NCBI GenBank assembly: GCA_016188605.1
Contig: JACPHP010000001.1
Span: 1,327 to 65,326, forward strand
Direction: 5' to 3'
DNA: 64,000 nt
From: Candidatus Spechtbacteria bacterium
Lineage (GTDB): Bacteria > Patescibacteriota > Minisyncoccia > Spechtbacterales > JACPHP01
Of this stretch, positions 57,778 to 64,000 are shown one piece after another. Every line of letters starts with the position of its first letter. Within the stretch, counting starts at the first letter, position 1. A program made the translations under genes and the position numbers. Under the pieces are notes generated by a model. The model was not told where the DNA came from. It ran no database searches and saw nothing but the letters and a program-made list of their open reading frames with translations.

Positions 57778-58908
57778 CTATAACCCTCGTTTTATACGGC
57801 GCAAGCTTTCCAGTGCCCAGTTTGGCCAATAACGCCAGGAAATCGGTAAATCTTGCGCGTGGAGATAATCTGTTTGGTAGCCTCCGAATCCTTTTTTGAA
57901 CAACGTTAAGCCAGCCCATGGGTGCTTAGGATTTTCGCTGGTTGTGATGCCCCAAAAGTTATATAGCTTCTTGTTTCTTCTCTTTGCTTCTTTAATTGCC
58001 GCCCACTGCACTGCGTAGGCAGTCGGGATATTTGAATACCTAAGCGATGACGCGCCGTGGTGGTAGAAAGCGCTGTTTCCGTAAAAAATAATCACCGCGC
58101 TTGCTTGAGGTTCACCCTGAGCATTGCCGAAGGGCTCGCCCTTATACCAAGCGGAGATCACCTCCGCTTGTCCTTCCGTAGTCCTTCCGTAGCATTGTAG
58201 CGTAGGAGGGCGAAGGAGGACACTTTCATTTTTCGAGAACGCATCAACCTCGCATTGAATATATTCTCGTGAAAATGGAATAAAGTCGTGCTTAGCAACT
58301 GTTTCTTTGTGTAATTTATAAAAATGGTCAATATCTTCCTTGCTGGCGCCGATTGTAATCTCTACGCCTTCTCTTTCCGCGCGGCGGATGAGGTTTCGCG
58401 TGGTTTTGCGCATGCCCTTTAGCAATTCTTCCTCGCTAGGCGATAAATCAAGTGTCCAAGTAGTTTCCGCGTGCATGTGAATTGGCGCGGGGCGAAAACC
58501 CAAATCAGCAAAAAGCTGGCGATTTTCTTCAGTAGCTATCATTGGCGGGCTGACGCGAATAAAATACGCTTTTTCTTGTTGTGCAATCTTTTTTAACTCC
58601 GATGTAAGGGTTTTTAAGATTTCAAATTTTGAATTTTCATTTTGAGATTTGAGATTTGAGATTTGAGATTGAAATATCGGCCCGTGTGGTATAAAAAGAA
58701 ACCTTCCGCGTCTCGCCTCTACCAAAATTACAAGTATCACTGATACGAGTTCTCCATTTTCCTCAACACCAAAACGCCACATCTTATCCCCCATTCGCAC
58801 GTTAAACTCGCCCCACTGCCATGAATGCAGGAAAGTATGGTCGGGCTGGGAAGTGACGAAACTATCCCATTTTTCCTTGTCTGTTATTTGGATGATTTGT
58901 GGAGACAT
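57778..58908 (-). CDS. FemABX family lipid II peptide-bridge aminoacyltransferase
   Basis: FLHSWQWG, IPHGP, LDLS.SEEELLKGM, RNLIRRA, YNFWGI, FKKGFGG. Confidence 0.9.
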   Translation of the reverse strand: MSPQIIQITDKEKWDSFVTSQPDHTFLHSWQWGEFNVRMGDKMWRFGVEENGELVSVILVILVEARRGRFLFIPHGPIFQSQISNLKSQNENSKFEILKTLTSELKKIAQQEKAYFIRVSPPMIATEENRQLFADLGFRPAPIHMHAETTWTLDLSPSEEELLKGMRKTTRNLIRRAEREGVEITIGASKEDIDHFYKLHKETVAKHDFIPFSREYIQCEVDAFSKNESVLLRPPTLQCYGRTTEGQAEVISAWYKGEPFGNAQGEPQASAVIIFYGNSAFYHHGASSLRYSNIPTAYAVQWAAIKEAKRRNKKLYNFWGITTSENPKHPWAGLTLFKKGFGGYQTDYLHAQDLPISWRYWPNWALESLRRIKRGL

Positions 58909-58914
58909 AATGTT

Positions 58915-59064
58915 ATCTCAAAACGCAAATCTCAAATGTCAAAACTGAAACTTAAATCTCAAAACTACTACGGAGATACTTTTAATTTTTCCGCCAGAGG
59001 CGGATCAGCCTCAGGCTGAAGATTTAAGATTTTGATTTGAGTTTTACGATTTGAAATTTGAGAT
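58915..59064. repeat. Inverted heptad array (AATCTCA family) with a nested 30-bp element at 58990-59019
   Basis: atctcaa aacgcaa atctcaa atgtcaa ... tttacga tttgaaa tttgagat. Confidence 0.85.
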
Positions 59065-59082
59065 AAAAATAGTTTACTACTG

Positions 59083-60318
59083 CTATAAGATATTTTTTAA
59101 AAAATTAATCACATTTCTTGCATCCTGTTTTGATATATTTACGTGCGTCGGCAAGTTAAAAACTTCGCGCGCGGCTTTCTCGGCATTGGGGCATGAGCCT
59201 TCCGCATAATTCATTATGTCGAAATCTGTACCTCGCGGCGCAATGACACTATCATACCAATCCCCTAGCAAAATGCGCGCATTCTTTGCTTTTTGCAAGA
59301 TACTGTCTCTGTTTTGATTGCGCATTGGATAGCGCAAGAATACATATTTGGCTCCGCGAGACATATTAAGCCATGAATTTTTTGCCGGTGTTGGGTCAAG
59401 CGCTTTTTTATACATATCCGCAACCGCGTTCCTATGAGCACTGAACAATTCGATTTTTTCAAGCTGGTGGAGAGCGAGTATAGCCAAAGCGCCAGGTAGT
59501 CGCGCGGGAAAATATTCTGGCTTCCTGCCGTATCTTTCACCTTGCGTTACGGCTTTTGAAAGCAAATGCAAGCGTTGCGCCGCTCTTAGCGCGTACCTGC
59601 CAACAGTCCAGTATGTTGCGATAATAGGAGCCATGAATAAAGGATGCAGTAATTGCTGGCTAGTCCACAAATACGATGGACAAGGAAGCGTTGTCCATTC
59701 CTGTAGCGCGCGCCGCGACACTATTTTTTTATTTACTATTAGCGCTCCTCCATAAACCGAAGAAATAACTTTGTCTCTGCCGAAGCTAAAGAACGTGGCG
59801 TCACCAATGGTGCCAACCCTTTTTCCACCCCACTCCGCGCCAAGCGCGTGAGCGCAGTCTTCTATTACAAACAACTTATGATTTTTTGCTACCCGCAAGA
59901 GCGCGTCCATGTTAGCCGGTATGCCAAATGTATGCTGAACTACCACAGCTTTACAGCGTGGTGTAATTTTGTGTTCTAAATCCATTGGATCCATGTTGTA
60001 GCCATCCTTTTCTATATCTACAAATACTGGCTTTGCGCCCCACCATAATACTGGATTTGGCACTGCGTTGCAGGTAAATGCTTGTACAAGTATTTCGTCC
60101 CCAGGCTGAATACGCAACGCTTTAAGCAGTGTCAAAAAAGCCGAACGACCGCTGTTAAATAGCAAGACTTCCGCAGTGGTGCCGAGGTATTGCGCAAGGG
60201 CTTTTTGTAATTTTTTATTAGCCCCCTCGTTTCTCCAATTCCACGGACGTATCAAAACAGACCAAGCGAGGCGCCTGTCATCATTTTGAGTATTGGGAGA
60301 AAGTGAAGTATAGATCAT
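59083..60318 (-). CDS. DegT/DnrJ/EryC1/StrS family aminotransferase
   Basis: NSGRSA, GDEILV, VVQHTFG, IEDCAHALG, FSFGRDK, NLPTH. Confidence 0.9.
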   Translation of the reverse strand: MIYTSLSPNTQNDDRRLAWSVLIRPWNWRNEGANKKLQKALAQYLGTTAEVLLFNSGRSAFLTLLKALRIQPGDEILVQAFTCNAVPNPVLWWGAKPVFVDIEKDGYNMDPMDLEHKITPRCKAVVVQHTFGIPANMDALLRVAKNHKLFVIEDCAHALGAEWGGKRVGTIGDATFFSFGRDKVISSVYGGALIVNKKIVSRRALQEWTTLPCPSYLWTSQQLLHPLFMAPIIATYWTVGRYALRAAQRLHLLSKAVTQGERYGRKPEYFPARLPGALAILALHQLEKIELFSAHRNAVADMYKKALDPTPAKNSWLNMSRGAKYVFLRYPMRNQNRDSILQKAKNARILLGDWYDSVIAPRGTDFDIMNYAEGSCPNAEKAAREVFNLPTHVNISKQDARNVINFLKNIL

Positions 60319-60373
60319 CTATTTTTCTTTAGTGTATTTTAAGAGTTGGTTCTATGAAAGATCTGATGTTTTT

Positions 60374-60436
60374 GAATACAGAATACAGAATTGAGAATAC
60401 AGGTCCTGTATTCCGTATTCTTGATTCTGTATTCTG
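60374..60436. repeat. Inverted heptad array (GAATACA family)
   Basis: gaataca gaataca gaattga gaataca ... tgtattc cgtattc ttgattc tgtattc. Confidence 0.85.
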
Positions 60437-60441
60437 TTTAG

Positions 60442-62073
60442 TTAGTCATCTATAATCAAATTTCTCACAATCGTTTCCGGTACGCGATTCTCTAACAATA
60501 TAACGTCTCCTTCGTCGCATAATTCTTGGGCTTTGCGCATTGCTATATATGGATCTGGTATGCACCACAAGGCATTTTTACTCATGCCGGCTTTAATAGC
60601 TTCGTCTTTTATGTATTCGTAGAAATCTGGCGCCGTAACAATGCACTGATCGCAGGTCTCCGCGATTTTTGCTCCTATCGCGCGATGCGCGTCTTCCGCA
60701 GCACGACCAAGTTCAATCAAGGGATATATTATGCATATTTTTTTGCGGCCCTCTGATTCTTTTAGAATATCGAGCGCCGCAAACACTCCATCTGTGTTAG
60801 CTGAATAACTATCATCAATTATTGTAGTATGCTTGATACCTCGACGGAAATGAATTGCGTGCGGAGGCGTTTCAAGTGTTTTGCAGGCCTCGGCAATCTC
60901 TTTGTAGCTCATGCCAAGTCCGTGCGCTGCGCAAATAGCGCCGACAACATTCGTACCGTTATGCGCGCCGCTTAATGGCACCTCAATGGCGATTTTCTTT
61001 TTCTTGTCCCGTATTTCCACTGTCATCCTATCTTTGCCTTGGTGAATTTTCTGCGCAAAAATTGCAGCAGATGCGAGGCCTTCAGGTAAATTGGTCGCGT
61101 ACAGACGTTTTGGTTTTTTGCAATTATCGTAGAGAGCGCGCGTGTACTGGTTGTCGCCGTTAAATATCGCGAGCCCTTTTTCTGGCAGTGATTCAATTAG
61201 TTCGTATTTTGCGCGCTGAATATTACGAAACGAACCAAAGAGCGACAAGTGCTGTTGGTTGATGCCGGTTAAAATACCGATTTGCGGCTTCACCATCGCG
61301 CAAATGTCGCGTATTTCTCCTCGCTTGTAAGCTCCCATCTCAACGATGAATATTTCATGCTCTTGCCTAAGATTTTTTATAATATGGCTTGCGATGCCAA
61401 TCTCTGTATTGGTATTTTCCGGCGTTTTTAATACATTAAAATTATTTTCCAAAATATGCGAAAGAAATTCTTTCATGCTGGTCTTGCCGAAGCTTCCCGT
61501 AATGCCAATGACGAGCAAGTCTGGAGTAGATGCTAACTTTGTCTTGGCCCGAGCAACTATTTTTCGCTTCATGTAAAGCGATAATGGCCGAGCAGTACCC
61601 ACAAAAGCTGTTGCAATAGCTGGAACCATTAAATCTGTAAAAAACAGAAGCGATAACGCGCTTGGAAGCGGCGACAACAGCCCAGCGATAACCATTACGA
61701 GCGCCGAGCTAAAAGTTAGACCAAGCAGAGACACGGCCTTTTTGGTAAATGTAGGCATACGAAGGCGATGGTCTTGATATGCTTCATACATGCGGTATGC
61801 CTGAAAACCATATAAGCCAATCCCGGCTAAAAGCATTACATAAGAGAAGAAAGATGCTAGCAATCCAAGCGCGGAAAACAAGAACAGCACTCCCACTGCC
61901 AGGGTTTTATAACTTAACAAAAGTTTTTTCGCGCTTGGTAGCTCGAAGTGAGCGCGCATGCGATCAAGCCGATATTCTTTTAATTGCCAAAGATATATCC
62001 AAAACAGCGCGTCTTTTACCACGCTTGTGATCCAAAGTATTCCGAAAATAAATAATAGGATTATTTCTACCAT
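60442..62073 (-). CDS. murF: MurF-like Mur ligase with an N-terminal membrane domain
   Basis: WQLKEYRLDR TM region; IGITGSFGKTS, NTEIG, VEMGAY, DDSYSAN, ELG. Confidence 0.8.
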   Translation of the reverse strand: MVEIILLFIFGILWITSVVKDALFWIYLWQLKEYRLDRMRAHFELPSAKKLLLSYKTLAVGVLFLFSALGLLASFFSYVMLLAGIGLYGFQAYRMYEAYQDHRLRMPTFTKKAVSLLGLTFSSALVMVIAGLLSPLPSALSLLFFTDLMVPAIATAFVGTARPLSLYMKRKIVARAKTKLASTPDLLVIGITGSFGKTSMKEFLSHILENNFNVLKTPENTNTEIGIASHIIKNLRQEHEIFIVEMGAYKRGEIRDICAMVKPQIGILTGINQQHLSLFGSFRNIQRAKYELIESLPEKGLAIFNGDNQYTRALYDNCKKPKRLYATNLPEGLASAAIFAQKIHQGKDRMTVEIRDKKKKIAIEVPLSGAHNGTNVVGAICAAHGLGMSYKEIAEACKTLETPPHAIHFRRGIKHTTIIDDSYSANTDGVFAALDILKESEGRKKICIIYPLIELGRAAEDAHRAIGAKIAETCDQCIVTAPDFYEYIKDEAIKAGMSKNALWCIPDPYIAMRKAQELCDEGDVILLENRVPETIVRNLIIDD

Positions 62074-62099
62074 ATTAAATATAAATACTAATCAAAACA

Positions 62100-62210
62100 A
62101 TCTCAAATCGCAAAACTCAAATCGCAAATCTGCAACTCAAATCTTAAATCTACTGCGAAGATTTTAGATTTGAGATTCAGTTTTGAGATTTGCCATTTGA
62201 GATTTGAGAT
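62100..62210. repeat. Inverted heptad array (AATCTCA family) overlapping the hydrolase 3' end
   Basis: atctcaa atcgcaa aactcaa atcgcaa ... tttgcca tttgaga tttgagat. Confidence 0.85.
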
Positions 62211-62991
62211 TATTATTTTTATGTTGTGCTATAAACTCCGCCATTGTTTGAGCCATTTCATGTGGCACCTCCAGGTTTATCGCGTGCCCTCTCTCGGGAA
62301 ATACGTGCAGGCGTGAATCTGCAACTTCTTTTTGAATGATATACGCGTCGGCAAGCGGTGTTGCTCTATCGTTTTCTCCCCATAAAATTAGCGTAGGTAA
62401 GGTAATATGCCTCACGTATTTGCGCAAATTTTCGTTAATAACTTTTTTAAATGTTTCGCGCATGACGCCGTCTGTCTTGTAGTAATCTCGTTCCAGGGTA
62501 AATTTGTACCAGAGATTACGAACTATGGGTTTTAGGAAATGAAGCGGCGGCACGGCAAAAATAACATTGCCGATTTTTGTTGTTATCAGAAACATGCGCG
62601 TACGTACCGTGTGTCGACGCACTACTCCTGCCGCATCGCATAAAATGAGGGTGGAAACATTTTCTCCGTGCTTTGCGCCATAGATTATGGCAATTCTTCC
62701 GCCAAACGAATGTCCTACAAGAGTGAAATCTTGCAGGCCAAGCGACTGGATGAACTCGTATACAAACTCCGTGTATTGATAAATATCCCAAGGTTCTGAC
62801 GGTGGAGGCGTTTCGCCAAATCCAGGCATATCAGGAACTATCGCTCTGAAGCCGCGTTCTGCTAAATCATTTTGCACGGCGCGCCAGTTGTTAGCGCGAG
62901 ATCCCCATCCGTGAAGAATAACAATTACGGCTCCCGTGCCCAGGTCGCGGTAGAAGACGGGAATACCTTGAATGGTGATGTTTTTATCCAT
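62164..62991 (-). CDS. Alpha/beta fold hydrolase
   Basis: LHGWG, DMPGFG, GHSFGG, WGEND, GH. Confidence 0.92.
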   Translation of the reverse strand: MDKNITIQGIPVFYRDLGTGAVIVILHGWGSRANNWRAVQNDLAERGFRAIVPDMPGFGETPPPSEPWDIYQYTEFVYEFIQSLGLQDFTLVGHSFGGRIAIIYGAKHGENVSTLILCDAAGVVRRHTVRTRMFLITTKIGNVIFAVPPLHFLKPIVRNLWYKFTLERDYYKTDGVMRETFKKVINENLRKYVRHITLPTLILWGENDRATPLADAYIIQKEVADSRLHVFPERGHAINLEVPHEMAQTMAEFIAQHKNNNLKSQMANLKTESQI

Positions 62992-63010
62992 TACTTTCAG
63001 TTTATCATAT

Positions 63011-64000
<990 letters not shown>

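Overview
64-kb core-chromosome segment of a moderately AT-rich bacterium using genetic code 11. Gene content, orphan membrane proteins and the lack of Shine-Dalgarno sites on core genes point to Patescibacteria/CPR, probably Parcubacteria (inference). It holds translation genes (prfA, rpmE, rpsB, tsf, fmt, def, rplI, rpmA, gltX, aspS, tgt), dnaJ, priA, pyrG, tRNA-Thr and tRNA-Lys, a surface-glycan cluster and an extended peptidoglycan region. No CRISPR array, transposase, integrase or reverse transcriptase was seen. Main highlights: (1) an aminotransferase / nitroreductase / acyl-CoA ligase / Rv1355c-type ThiF / 7TM histidine kinase cassette that looks like a signal synthase plus its receptor; (2) a LysW-like carrier with ATP-grasp, PLP, Mpl-like, DUF1611 and D-aminoacylase genes among cell-wall genes; (3) many tiny palindromic elements, including about 24 intergenic inverted heptad-repeat arrays, a 30-bp double hairpin that also inserted into a tRNA-Lys copy, and several families inserted in frame in housekeeping genes. 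Family calls come from motif recognition by eye, and repeat boundaries are approximate.
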